NCBI RefSeq assembly: GCF_009914755.1
Contig: NC_060936.1
Length of the DNA: 64,000 nucleotides
Strand: one strand, 5' to 3'
Origin: the human T2T-CHM13v2.0 reference genome, Homo sapiens
A model generated the notes under the pieces. It was not told where the DNA came from. It ran no database searches and saw only the letters and a list, made by a program, of their open reading frames with translations. Position numbers and translations under genes: made by a program. Positions 1 through 15,487 of this stretch are shown piece by piece (the first letter of the stretch is position 1; each line of letters begins with the position of its first letter).

Positions 1-473
1 GGGAAACAGAGCATAAAAGTTTGAAAAATTTGCAGCCTGATGATGTGATAGAAAAGAAAAACCCATTTTCTAAGGAGAAATTCAAGCCAGGTGCAGAAAA
101 TTGCATAAGTAACGAGGAGCCAAATGTTAATTGCCAAGACAACGGGAAAAATGTCTCCAGGGCATTTCAGAGACCTTTGAGCCAGCCCCTCCCATCACAG
201 ACCAGAGGCCTAGGAGGAAGAAATGGTTTCCAGGGCTGGGCCCAGGGCCCCCTTGCTGTTTGCAGCCTACAAACTTGGTGCCCTGCATCCCAACTGCTCT
301 AGCCATGGCTAAAAGGGGCCAAGATACAGCTTGGGCTGTTGCTTCAGAGGGTACAAGCCCCAAGCCTTGGCAGCTTCCATGTGGTGTTGTTCTGTGGGTG
401 CACAGAGGTCAAGAATTGAGGTTTGGGAACCTCTGCCTAGATTTCAGAGGATTTATAGAAATACCTGGATGTC

Positions 474-1904
<1,431 letters not shown>

Positions 1905-2593
1905 AAATACCTGGATGTCCAGGCAGAAGTTTGCTGCAGGGGTCAGGCCCTCATTGAGAACCTCTGCTTAGGCAGTGCAGAAGGGAAATGTGGAGTTGAA
2001 GCCCCTACACAGAGTCCCCACTGGGGCACTGCTTACTGGAGCTGTGAGAAGAGAGTCATCGTCCTCCAGACCCCAGAATGATAGATCCACTGCTAGCTTG
2101 CACTGTGCACCTGGAAAAGCCACAGAAACTGAATGCCAGCCCATGAAAGCAGCCAGGAGACAGACTGAACCCTGAAAAGTCACAGGGGTAGAGCTGCCCA
2201 AGACCATGGGAAACCACCTCTTGCATCAGCATAACCTGGATGTGAGACATGGAGTCAAAAGAGATCATTTTGGAACTTTATGGTTTAATAACTGCCCTAT
2301 TGGTTTTCGGATTTGCGCAGGGCCTATAGCCCCTTCATTTTGGCCAATTTCTCCCATTTGGAATTGCTGTATTTATCCAATGCCTGTATCTCCATTGTGT
2401 CTAGGAAGTAACTAACTTGTTTTTGATTTTTCAGGCTCATAGGTGGAAGAGACTTGCCTTGTCTCAGATGAGACTTTGGACTGTGGACTTTGAGTTAATG
2501 CTGAAGTGAGTTAAGAGTTTGGGGGACTGTTGGGAAGGCATGATTGGTTTTGAAATGTGAGGACATGAGATTTGGGAGGAGCCAGAAGCAGAA

Positions 2594-2910
2594 TGATATT
2601 GTTTGGCTGTGTCCCCACCCAAATCTCATCTTGAATTTTAGTTCTTATAATTTCCATGTGTTGTGGGAGGTACCCAATGGGAGTGAATAAGTCTCATGAG
2701 ATCTGATGGTTTTATAAGGGAAAAACCCTTTCACTTGGTTCTTATTTTCTCTCTTGTCTGCTGCCATGTAAGACATGACTTTCACCTTCTGCCATGATTG
2801 TGAGGCCTCCCCAACCACGTGGAACTGTGGGTTCATTAAGCCTCTTTTTCTTTATAAATTACCCAGTCTCAGGTATATCTTTGTCAGCAGTGTGAAAACA
2901 GACAAGTACA
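2594..2910 (+). mobile_element. THE1 3' LTR
   Basis: TGATATTGTTTGGCTGTGTCCCCACCCAAATCTCATCTTGAAT...CAGACAAGTACA, with TG...CA ends. Has an internal deletion relative to the LTR at 16527. Confidence 0.88.
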
Positions 2911-3358
2911 GATGTCTTTCATTTTGTCTTGCCTGATTGCTCTGGCTAAAACTTCCGGTATTGTGTTGAATAGTAGTAGTGAAAGTGGGCATCCTTGTCT
3001 TGTGCCAGTTCTTAGAGGAAAGGCTTTCAGCTTTTCCCCACTTGGTATGATTTTACCTTTAGCTGTGGGTTGGTCATAGATGGCCTTCACTCTGTTGAGG
3101 TATGTTTCTTCTATTATGAGTTTGTTGAGAGGTTTTATTATGAAGGGTTTTTGAATTTTATCAAATGCTTTTTATGTGTCTATTGAGATGATCATATAGT
3201 TTTTGTCCTTTATTCTGTTGATGTGATATATCATGTTTATTTATTTGCATATGTTGTGCATCCTTGCATTCCTGGAATAAATCCCACTTGACCATGTCAT
3301 ATTATCTTTTTCATTGTGCTGCTGAATTTGACTTGCTAGTATTTTGCTGAGGACTTTC
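2911..3358 (-). mobile_element. L1 ORF2 fragment (old L1)
   Basis: Minus ORF 2884-3090 contains [18 protein letters not shown] (L1 RT motif). Confidence 0.88.
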
Positions 3359-3417
3359 CTTCTAATCTCAGTTTAAATATCACAGGAGCATCTCCTCAGA
3401 GATAAGACACCTAATTA

Positions 3418-3790
<373 letters not shown>

Positions 3791-4001
3791 CTATACTTTG
3801 GAATCACACAGGTATTCATAGCTATAGAACCTCAAAATGAAGTTTAGTTTTTGTGTTTTTTAATGTTATGAAAGCTTTGAAATGAGATGATAAACCAAGT
3901 GACACACAACTAAATAGACCTCCCAAAACAAACTTTGAGACTGAGTTTGTTTGCAGCCATTCCCATTCCAACATTAGTAGGTATTAAAAACAGAACAAAC
4001 A

Positions 4002-4345
4002 AGCTGGGTGTGGTGGCTCATACCTGTAATCCCAGAACTTTGGGAGGCTGAAGTGGGTAGATTGCTTGAGCCCAAAAGTTCAAGACCAGCCTGGGTAACA
4101 TGGTAAAACCCCATCTCTACAAAAAATACAAAAATTAGCCAAGCATGGTGGCATGCCTGTAGTCCCAGCTACTCAGGAGGCTGAGGTGGGAGGATCATTT
4201 GAGCCTACAAGGTGGAGGTTGCAGTGAGCCATGATCACATCACCGCACTCCAGCCTGGGTGACAGAGCAAGACCCTGTCTCAAAAACAACAACAACAAAA
4301 AACATCCCAAAAACAAAAACAAAAAAAAAAAAAGAAAGAAAAAAA
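4002..4345 (+). mobile_element. AluJ-like
   Basis: Full dimer with A/CAA-rich tail. Confidence 0.9.
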
Positions 4346-4957
4346 TGGTGATAATTCAGGTCAGGTACAAAGCTGATTTGTTTGATATTATATGCTTTTG
4401 AAATGATATATATGTGTATGTATGTATATATATATGCATATGTGTGTGTATATATGTGTATGTGTGTGTTATAAATTTTGTTCTGTAGAATTTTATTACT
4501 GCATAAGTAATTCTTACCTGCATTTCTACAAAAATATTTTCTTTACAATGCAAAAGCAAATTATGAACTAGAACAAGAATAAAGAAGGTTATTAAGCCAT
4601 AACAAGAGAAAAAGCATGTTTTATGTTTTGAGGCTAATTGAATCATACAACCTAACTCTACATGCATGCCTAGTTTCTATTTTCCATTCAAACAGCACTA
4701 CTTAAACATCTGTCTTTTCCCTGTCTGTTCCACTGAGCATACCTGTTCTATATTTATGGTACTTTTAAATATCTTGGCAGAAATCATGTCAATGAGAATG
4801 TGCTGGTTAATTTCCAGAAAAAGAAAGATAAAAAAAAACACAGATTGTTCTTAACTATCCAGCTTTTTCCCCCAAATCATTTGTTTGAGAAAAATATTTC
4901 ACCTGACGTTGTCAAAATCTTGTTCTTTCAAGTGGAATTAAAGTTTGCAAAATTTGT

Positions 4958-5178
4958 CCAGGCACAGTGGCTCATGCCTGTAATCCCAGCACTTTGGGAG
5001 GCCAAGGTGGGTGGATAGCTTGAAGTCAGGAGTTCCTGCCTCTAATCTCAGCTACTCAGGAGGCTGAGGCAGGAGAATCACTTGAACCTGGCGGGGCCAA
5101 AGTTGCAGTGAGCTGAGATCACACCACTGTACTCCAGCCTGGGCAACAGAGAGAGACCCTGTCTCAAAAAAAAAAAAA
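4958..5178 (+). mobile_element. Alu with an internal deletion across the linker
   Basis: Left arm ...GTCAGGAGTTC joins directly to right arm CTGCCTCTAATCTCAGCTACTC. TSD TTTGCAAAATT. Confidence 0.88.
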
Positions 5179-5339
5179 GCTTTGCAAAATTCAAGGCTAC
5201 TCTGGAAAATACAAATATATTCTCAGCAATTACATGTAAGTAAAAAATCTTTATTGTTAACAAATTATATTTTTGATGAATTTTTAAAATTTGAGCACAA
5301 TACTATTTCATTGTATTTGGCCATTATTTACAACACTTT

Positions 5340-5545
5340 GGCTCTGAATTCTGGCTCCACCACTCCATCACAGGTTAATTGATGAGTAATCTTCAGCAAG
5401 TTAGGTAACCTCTAGCAATTTCTTCCTCCAGAATAACAGAAATAATATTAACTTTCTCAGAATTGTTACAAAGAGTAAAAGAGATGGGATATAGAAAGCA
5501 CTTAATATAGAACCTGGCATGTAGTAACATTCAATAAATTCTTCA
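5340..5545 (+). mobile_element. MIR fragment
   Basis: TGAATTCTGGCTCCACCACT...CAAGTTAGGTAACCTCT...AAGCACTTAATATAGAACCTGGCATGTAGTAA. Confidence 0.6.
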
Positions 5546-7689
5546 GTAGGCTTTGCTATAGGTTGAAGTCTGCTCAGAAGATAGCTAATCAAGGTTTTAT
5601 GCGAAGTAAAGTAATTCCTCGTAGCATAAGAATCAGTTCTTCCTCAGTCTTAGAAATACGATGGCTGGGGAGCCCTACTGGACTTTGATAATATAATAAC
5701 TAAGACAACACTTAACAAAGAAACAGAAAACCTGCCCAAACCCTTCCAACTTTATCCATACACCAAATTTTTTTCTGTTTGGCAGGGAACATAATTTGAA
5801 TTTCACAGGAGTATAACAGAACTACATAACAAAATAAATGACTTCTGCTGTTAGGTAAACTGCTGCTCTATTTCAATTGCTTTGGATGCTTCATTAATAT
5901 GGGGCTGAAACTGCTAATTCATTTTATCCCTGTGATTGGTAGTGGCCAACAAGAGTAGTATCACTGTGTTGAAAGAAATTGTAAAGTGATAGATAATATC
6001 CCCTTGCTGTAGTTGAGATTCTTGCTTTTGGTTTGTGAGGTACCAGGTTTAAATTATAGCCCTTTCTTTCTGCTGGACGCTCATGGCAAAGATTGAATGT
6101 AACTTGCCTTTGAACCTTCAGTTTAATTCCTAGCATATCAATCATGATATGTGGTTGTTGATCTGAGCTGCACCACATCATATCTCAGTCCTCCTCCTTG
6201 TCTTTTCTGTTGTATCACCAGGGCTTTGTGTTGGCATGAGCAAGAATAGTATGAAGGTAACACTAAGCCCAAAGCTACAGAGAATGGTCTTTTATTAACT
6301 CATAGATATTGGGGGTTTACGATTCTCCCTCTTCCCTTCCCCCACAGAATGGCATATGAGGACGTCTGGTGTTATATTATCTCAGCTACTCAGCTACTTT
6401 ACATAACCTTAAATTGGCCCTTCAGGCCACCAGAGAACCGAATTGACTCTCATAAGCAAGGAAGCTGTTCATGTGGGAAGTGTTATTCCCATGGGATCTT
6501 TTGCAGAACTGTTCAAATTTAAACAATATATCTGGGGAAAATAAAGAATGTGGGAAAGAAATATAGTAAATTGTTCCTGCATGTTTGTATAATTTCTGCT
6601 TTTTGGCCAAAAGGAGTAATATGTAATCAATGGTTTTACGTTTTTTTGGCACTTGGTCCTGAGCCAAATTGAAAAATAGCTCCTCTCCCACTGAGGATTA
6701 TTCTAAGGCTTTAGTGTCTCCTTTGTGTTGTGAGAACCACAACCCAGGATGTTTCCCTTGTTGGGAAATGGGGAGAGTGGACGTGCAGACCTGAGCGCTG
6801 TGGCCTGGTCATTAACACTCACCAGCTGTGTCAAGACATGTGATCTCAAAATAAAAGTCATGCAGAACATCCTCAAGCCTCAAAAGTCACTCGACTAACA
6901 CTGGGGCATGAGAGAGAAAAGAACTTTCTGAGACTCTGAGTTATAGCTTAAGTGCCAAGGGAACACTTTCCCTGGTGGTATTTCCACAAAACGGGTATGG
7001 GGAGAATCTGGGCTCCGTTTGATCATTAGCCGTCTCCAGAAAGCAGGGGTGGGGAGCAGATGTGTGAGTTAGGCGACTTCATTTCATTTCAAAACAACAG
7101 ATGACCCTTGCATGCACTTTACTTATGTTTTGCCCTTTGAGTCATTATCATCCGGAGGCTGGGACCGGAAGCAGAATCTACTTCAGACAGAAGAACTTTG
7201 TTCTATTTTTTTTTTCCCATCCAAGTTTAGGAGAGGAGATAGATAGGTTAATTTTTTATGGGAATCAACCCAAAATCTAGCTTGGCTGCCAGAGTGGTCA
7301 GAATAATCAAATTGACTATGTCCCGGTCAGGTTGATTTTATTACATAGATTACTTTGCTTTGTCCTTAATGATGGAACTAAAGAGTTGAATGTACAGTAA
7401 GACTTGAAAAACACTATCTTCAGTTATCCAGATATAGAGTATGAAGGGACCTAACATCAGTGTTTCTTTTTAATCTATCTCTTATCTAAATCAAAATAAA
7501 ATAAAATAAAATTGATCCTGGACCAAGGTTGAAATTGGAGGTGGGTCTAGAAGTTGATTGAGGTCTCTCTGGGCTATAAATGTTCATAAATCACCGGTTT
7601 GTCTATCTGATTTTTTATTACCTGTACTTGGCCTTGGCACAACAAATACATTCTGTTAAAGATTTAAATATATTTCCTCTTAAAGAATA

Positions 7690-7900
7690 GTGAGGCAGAA
7701 TCATGTCATTAATGACCATGAGCTTAGGAAACAAAACTGGATTTGAATCCCAACTGTGCTCCCAAGTAGTATGTGACGGTGGCCAAGTAATTATATGTTC
7801 CCAAGCCAAAACCTCCAAGTCAGGAGAATTAGGGCAATACCTACATCCCAGAGTTGCAAGGAGTAAATGATAATATGTATGTGAAAGACTTGTATGTTAA
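7690..7900 (+). mobile_element. MIR fragment
   Basis: CTGGATTTGAATCCCAACTGTG...GAGTAAATGATAATATGTATGTGAAAG. Confidence 0.55.
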
Positions 7901-8657
7901 TAGCCTGATTAATGTCAATTTCCTTTCTTACTGGGCAATCTAGATATTCAATATATTAAATATTTCTCAAACCTTAGACACTTTCTTATTATACCTTAAA
8001 CTGTGTGAATTATATTTTTAACTAGGCCAGCTGTATAATATTTTGAAATTTCATTCTAGTTAAGTCCACCACTGGTTCAATCAGCTTTAAAGGAAAAAAC
8101 AACTATTATATCAGTGAATCATCCTTAAAAATCCAAGTGATCATTTCTAAATTAACAATCTAAGCAATCTTTAGAGACCCTGAATACTGAAAATGTATGG
8201 TGCACTATCTTCCCAGCATTCATTCATTTATTCATCATTTAATAAGTATTTATTGATTACCTACAATATTTATTGATTACCTACAATTAGGCATTGTCCT
8301 AATCACTAACAGAGGAGTGATTCAAAAAGACAATCTCTGTTCATATGAAGCTTATATTTTAGTGCAGAAAATAATAAATATAATAAGCCATTATATAATT
8401 CCTATATTAGTTATAAATGTATCTATATTATTTCTAAAATATATTTATATTTTTATATACTATATAAAAATGATATATACATTATACCAAAGATGATATA
8501 TTATTTGGAGAAAATAGAGAGTAGGGTAAGAGAGATGGGATGCTGGGGCCAGTGACAAAGTTTGAAACTGTAAGTAGTAACTTCACTATACCCCTCAATG
8601 TGAGAGGAGAAGAGAACAAGGAGGGGAGAGAGCAAGCCACAGAAAGAGTAAGAGGAT

Positions 8658-8953
8658 GGCCATGCACAGTGGCTCACGCCTGTAATCCCAGCCCTTTGGG
8701 ATGCCAAGGCGGGCAGATCACCTGAGGTCAGGAGGTCGAGATCAGCCTGGCCAACATGGTAAAACGCCGTTTCTACTAAAAATACAAAAATTAGCCAGGC
8801 GTGGTGGCCTGTAATCCCAGCTACTCGGGAGGCTGAGGCAGGAGGATCACTTGAACCTGGGAGGCAGAGGTTGCAGTGCCTAAGATTGTACCACTGCACT
8901 CCAGCCTGGGCAACAGAGTGAGTGAGACTCTATCAAAAATAAAATAAATAAAT
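8658..8953 (+). mobile_element. AluS-like
   Basis: Full dimer, TSD AAGA(G/A)TAAGAGGA. Confidence 0.92.
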
Positions 8954-10037
8954 AAGAATAAGAGGAAAGCCTTTCAGGTAAAGGAGACACTTCGTACAAA
9001 GGCCCTGAGATAGGAGTGCACCTGCCGTGTTTGTGGAACAATAAGAGAGGCCAGTATAGTTTAAGTGGATGAAATGGAGTGAGAGAGGGGAAGAGCAGTA
9101 AGAGATGCGCTTAAAGAGGTAATGAGGACTAGGTCATGTTAGACCTTAGAGTATATTCCAAGGACTTTGATTTTTATTCTGCATGAAAAGTGGAGTCACT
9201 ACAGAATTTTGAGCAAGGATGAAATAAACTGACTTCCATTTTGAGAGCAACTCTGGCTGCTGTGTTGAAAGTGGATTGTAAGGCAGTCAGGATGGAGGTT
9301 GAGAGGCTAGTTGGAGGGCTAGTGCAATGACTCAAGTGAAATGTGATAATTGATTGGATGGTAGGAACAGTGGAGATAGTGAGAAGTGGTCAGATTCTGG
9401 GTATATGTGGAAGGTACAGTCAACAGGACTTCCTGGCAGGTTGAAAATAAGAGTCAAGAATGCTTTCAATGGTTTTGGCCTGAGCAATGGAAAATATATG
9501 TAGTTAACATTACCTGAGCTGAATAAGACTGAGGTGGAGGAGGTTTGGTGGTGGGGAAAAAAATCTGGGCACATTTAATTTGAGATGTTAATTAGGTATC
9601 CAAGTAGAATTGCCAAGTAGGCAGTTGAATTTATGTCTGGAATTCAGAGAGGAGGTCTAGGCTAGAGATATACATTTGGGAATCTTCGCCATAAGAATGA
9701 TGGTACACAGAGGCTACCATAACACATCTCATGATTTTGTGGAACTTAAATGTGACTTGATTTGCAATCAGATTCTCCTTAAAATACTGTAATAGCTCCT
9801 TTCACACAACTGAAGCTTTTGAACTCCACTTAAAATATGAAAATTTTACTTATATTTAAAACCATAAATCTGGATGATATCAGTGAGGCAATGAGTATGG
9901 ATAAGAAAAAAGTTGATCAAGAACCGATCTCTGGGGCATTCAACATTAGAAGATTCAGGGGAAGTCAAAAAAGCAAAGAAAACAGAGAAGGACCAGTCAG
10001 TGATGTAGAATGAATACTAGAAGGGTGTGGTGTCCTA

Positions 10038-10383
<346 letters not shown>

Positions 10384-10579
10384 GAGTAATCTGCTGTGTG
10401 TGAAATACTGTTGATATGTCAAACATCATGAGGCCTGAGAATTGAAAACTGGATTTAGCAACATGGAGGTCAGTGGTAACGTTTTTTTAAAGCACCATTA
10501 AAAATTCAAAGTAAAAAAAAAATCATAATAAATATTAAGAAGACCAACAAAATTCTAATTTTGACATTAAATCTACTTT

Positions 10580-10860
10580 GTTTTTCTTTCTTTCTTTCTT
10601 TCTTTTTTTGAGACCGTCTCACTCTATCACCTAGGCTGGAGTAAGTGACATCATCATGACTAGCGATTGAGCTCCTAGGCTCCTAGGGACTACAGACACA
10701 TGTCACCACACCTGACTAATTTATTTATTTTTATTTTTTTGTAGAGATTGGATCCCATTATGTTTCCCAGGCTGGTCTCGGACTTCTGACCTCAAGCTAT
10801 CCTCCTGCCTTGGCCTCCCAAACTGCATAGCTTATGGGCATGTGCCACCATGCCTGGCCT
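10580..10860 (-). mobile_element. AluJ-like, degenerate
   Basis: (TTTC)n tail followed by antisense Alu body. Confidence 0.82.
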
Positions 10861-11518
10861 GATTTCCTTTTAAAAAATCAGTATTTAAAAATTGAGGGAA
10901 AGGTAGCTCATTTGTCAGTGCCTAAGGAATATACTCAGTCTTTATTTTGGATAATGTAATACTGAAATGATTGACTCATTAAAATTATTCACTATACTAA
11001 ATTAAACAATAATTTGGTATTGGAGTATCAGTAACATAATATTTTTCTACTGTCTCACAGACAGACACGCACACACCCTTAATAGCTATAACTGAAAGTA
11101 TTTCAAATAAATTTTGGATATACATTCTAAATATATCAGAAATATATTTCTAGGCATTAGACAATGGTCCATTTTCCGAACAACATTAAGCGCAACAACT
11201 TCAAGTATTAAATACAAATTACGTGTCGGAGTTTATTATAAATTAATTTGGTCTCTAATGAATGCATACTTATAGTGCCACCTACTGTCTGGTAGTAAAA
11301 TTATAACATCAATCATCCATACAGGTGAATTAAGATAAAGAAATAAAATACATAATCCTCTTATTATCAGTAATCTCTTTTTGGAAATCAGACATTCTGT
11401 GCGACAACACTAACTTAGAGAACATATCACATTATTTCAATGAGGAAAAAGTATAACATATTACTTATCAACCTGCAACTCCTACCAATTTTATAAAATA
11501 TATGAAAGCCCACTAAAG

Positions 11519-11521
<3 letters not shown>

Positions 11522-11568
<47 letters not shown>
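11522..11568. repeat. (CA)n microsatellite
   Basis: About 23 AC units. Confidence 0.97.
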
Positions 11569-11569
<1 letters not shown>

Positions 11570-11892
11570 CGAATCATTACGTTAGGATGTAAATGCTTAA
11601 AACATTACTTTTTGATTACCAATTACGATAGTTTTTAGTAAACAGCGGTTTCGTAGTGTGTGGTAACATTTGTTGACCATTGACATATATTCCAAAAGTC
11701 TACCAGTGATTGCAATTTTATTTGTGATGTTACTTTAGGCATTTTCCCTAATCATTTTTTTAAATATTTATATCTACTATAATGCTATAGAGTTACCTGT
11801 AGGGTCTATCATTATACTTAAAAATGTAAGGTAGAAAACATTGGCCATAATCTATCATTTATTTAAGAAAAAGGGGAAAATATTATAATATA

Positions 11893-12337
11893 CAGTGACC
11901 TTTGAGCAGCATGTGTTTGAACCGCAGGAATCCACTTAATGCATGGATTTTCTCTTCCCCTGCCATTTCTGAGATAGCAAAACCAGCCCTTTCTCTTCCT
12001 GTTCCTCCTCAGTCTACTCAACATAAAGACAATGAGGATTAAGACCTTTCTGCTGATCCACTTTCACTTAATAAACAGTAAATGTATTTTCTCTTCCTTA
12101 TGATTTTCTTTCACATTTCCTTTTCTCTTGCTTACTTTTTTGTAAGAATACAATATACAATATATAGAATATACAAAATATGTGTTAATCAACCATCTGT
12201 GTTCTTGATGGTTTAAGGCTTCTGGTCAACAGTAGGCTATTAGTAATTAAGTTTTGAAGGAGACAAAAATTATGCTTGGATTTCTCACTGCATGGGGGAT
12301 CTGCATTCCTAACCCCCACATTGTGCAAGGGTCAATT
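11893..12337 (+). mobile_element. Tigger2a/MER28-type non-autonomous DNA transposon
   Basis: TIR-like ends CAGTGACCTTTGAGCA and TGTGCAAGGGTCAAT. Collinear with the copy at 28078-28516. Confidence 0.8.
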
Positions 12338-13160
12338 ATCTATATATAGTTATATAAATACATAAGTATATATAGTTATATGTGTGTTAAGTGGTATCCC
12401 ATAGAAGGATAAGGAGACTCGAGCAGAGAAAAAAAAAATTGAAACAAGGCTTCCTTAAATATACCTTGCTTAGTAGATTCAACTACATAATTATAAAGCA
12501 CGATTAAATAGGACAAGCAATTCAATTAAATACAGTGAAAGAAATTAAAAGCTGTATGGGGTTTTAGCAATGTAAATAGAAAATATGTAAACTAGCAGAA
12601 AAAAAATTGCAATAAGGAATAAATATGTTCTATGAAGTTAGGGTATGGAACACCAACAGCCATTTTTAATAGGAAATTGTTGAATAGGGGGAGTTCTGTG
12701 GGGGCCTGTGGACTTTGGCACATTGAGAAGAGTAAGGACTAAATTTCTATTAACTAATGTCTGTATGTTGCACAGACTTGTCACATCTTTGATAGACAAC
12801 AACCTGACCTGGATTCAAATATTATCACCTAATTTCAGATATTCACAAGCTTTAACAAAATTTTATATTCAACATTTTCTCACCTTATGCTCCCTTTTTA
12901 AAATTCCCTTTAAAATTACACAAAGATATTTTGTTTGATAAGATGACTTTAATTTTTAAACTACTAGGATATAAACCTTTGTGTTTTCATAATACAAGGT
13001 CATTGTTTGGCTCTTTTATTTTTCTTTGGGTTTTAAGTGCTCTGCATCTACAACCAAGTTAAGTGTCATTTTACCTGTCAGCATTCTAATTATTCTACAA
13101 TAAGTTTACAGAATAACTGGTAAACATTAAAGATGTGAAGTTAGTAAAATATCTTTATGC

Positions 13161-13459
13161 AGCTGAACGCGGTGGCTCATGCCTGTAGTCCTAGCACTTT
13201 GGGAGGCTGAGGCAGACAGATCGCTTGAGGTCAGGAGTTCAAGACCAGTCTGGCCAACATGGTGAAACCCCGTCTCTACTAATAGAAAAATTAGCCAGGT
13301 ATGGTGGTGCCTGTCTGTAATCCTGGCTACTCCAGAAGCTGAGGAAGGAAAATCACCTGAACCCAGGAGATGGAGGTTACAGTGAGCCAAAATCATGCTG
13401 CAGCACTCCAGCCTGGGCGACAGAGCGAGACTCTTGTCTCAAAACAAACAAACAAAAAA
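13161..13459 (+). mobile_element. AluS-like
   Basis: Full dimer, (AAAC)n tail. Confidence 0.92.
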
Positions 13460-13542
13460 CCTTTAGGCTTTCCTCTGTTCCTTCCTCGCCTCTATACTTG
13501 CATTTGTTTAGTCATTCAGCAAATATTTATTGAATTCCTGCT

Positions 13543-13631
13543 ACATGCAGGCTCTGGGTGTGCAATGGTGACACATGCAGGCTCTGGGTGTGCAGTGGTG
13601 ACACATGCAAGCTCTGGGTGTGCAGTGGTGA
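13543..13631. repeat. 30-bp minisatellite, 3 copies
   Basis: ACATGCAGGCTCTGGGTGTGCA(A/G)TGGTGAC three times. Confidence 0.95.
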
Positions 13632-15242
13632 GCAAACCTTGGTGCCATGAAACGAAGTGTGAATCATAGGAATAGAAATGGCAAGGAGGAAACAAAGACA
13701 GAAAGTATATATGCAGAAGGTCTCAGCAGGTTTTCATTTTATTTTAACCAGTTATTCTTCGGCCCATAGTAATACTCCATTGTGTTAAAAAGAAAGATGA
13801 ACTCTCAAATTCACTGTGTCCTCAAATTCACTTAGTAGGCAAAGAAAAAGAGGCCTTGAAGGAAGAGGGCCAGAGAGAGAAAAGGGTAGTGATGAGAGAG
13901 AAATAAAACCACCTGTAGTATCTGATAGCATAAATTTTCCTGTCCCATCCCATCAATATCTGTTAAAATTCCCATATCTTTGTAGGGCTTATTTCAAAAG
14001 CCCATATAATCCTTGAAGTCTTTTCTGATCCTCCAAACTTGATGTAATTTCTCTGAACTCGATGTAATTTGTTTCTCCCTTTAAACAGCCAAACTCTATT
14101 ATTCGTCTTTTGGTACTTAGGTTTCTCCGCTTATCTTCTGTTAAATCTGTTTGTATAATGCCCTTCAATAATTCCTTTAGTAGAGAAACTGTCTCTTATT
14201 CACGCTAGTGTCTTCTACATAACATGAGCTTAATAAATGTTGATTTGATTGAACCTTAAAAAGTTATAATTCATCTGCCTATAAGCAAGTTACTCAAATC
14301 AAACTGACTTGTTTACCACCTATTGTCATCACACAGCTTGGAATGTAAACGTCCTCATTTCAAAACTGTGTACACTCACACACATATATACATGTATGGT
14401 CACATATATTTATAAAATTATATATTTGTATTTATTTAGTGAAATGTTTCAGTCTATATGCTATTCTATTGCATTTCCTAAGGGATCTCTTTAAATTTGA
14501 AAGGTTACTTCTTCAGCACTTCCAAACTGATCTCTTTTAAATAAATAAAATCATTTTCCAGGTTACTGAGCTATTTTTCATCTTCAATTCGTAACCTTTT
14601 ATATGAAAGTAAAAGTTATGATAAAAATTCTTTGTTCATTTGAAACCTCATAGGATATAACCCCCCAACACTGTGTGAGGTCTACAAAAGAGTATTTGTG
14701 ATTGAAAGATCAAATCAAAAGGAGACAACAAAGGTAAAAGTAACATTTACGCAATTTTGTTTACTTAGCAAAGTGAACAATGTTACAAAATCTGTCATGT
14801 CATTCAGGAATTGAGCATAATGCAATAATGACGTTTTGTAGTCATCTCCGGGGAAGGCTTCTTTCCAAATTTTCTGAAAATAAAATGCCTATGAATTAAT
14901 TTAACACAGACCCAAAAGAAAGTAGCAGGTTACAATGTAGGTAGCCAGAGAAACAGTCCAGGCTATTAGAAGAACCATTAAGATGCTTAGTGCTAGAACC
15001 CAAAAGGTTCAAAATAGATTTAGAATAAGAATCATGGCGACTAAGGTACCAGACATATAAAATATGACACCAGAACAAATGCTTCCTACAGGTACTCCTT
15101 TGATTCACCTCTATAGTGGAGACAAACATCTACTCAAGCAATAGTTTTTGTTAGGATTTTTAATCTTCATTAAAAGATTATTACAAATAACTGATAAGAG
15201 TAGTTTAGCATGTAGGTAGTAAATTAAGGCAAAATAGTAGCA

Positions 15243-15420
15243 TGATTGTTAATTTTATTTGTCAATATAATGGGGCTAAGTGGTGCTCAAACAGCTGGTA
15301 AAATATTATCTGTGTGTCTGTGAGGATACTTCTGGGATAATCTGAATCAGCAGACTGAGTAAAGATCACCCTTAGCAATGTGGGGGTTATCCTCCAATCC
15401 ATTGAGGGCCTGAATACAAC
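15243..15420 (+). mobile_element. MLT2 (ERVL) LTR, 5' part only
   Basis: Collinear with 16985-17170 (GTTAATTTTAT...GGGCTAAG...AGACTGA(G/A)TAAAGATCACCCT). Confidence 0.75.
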
Positions 15421-15487
15421 ATAAAGTTGGACCAGATCAAGTTTATTGATATGGGCCCACTAAGCAGATTCTGCATTTAATGTTGCA

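Noticed and set aside
13543-13631. CRISPR-like 30-bp repeats
   Set aside because: Head-to-tail units with no spacers, no cas genes, and a mammalian context.
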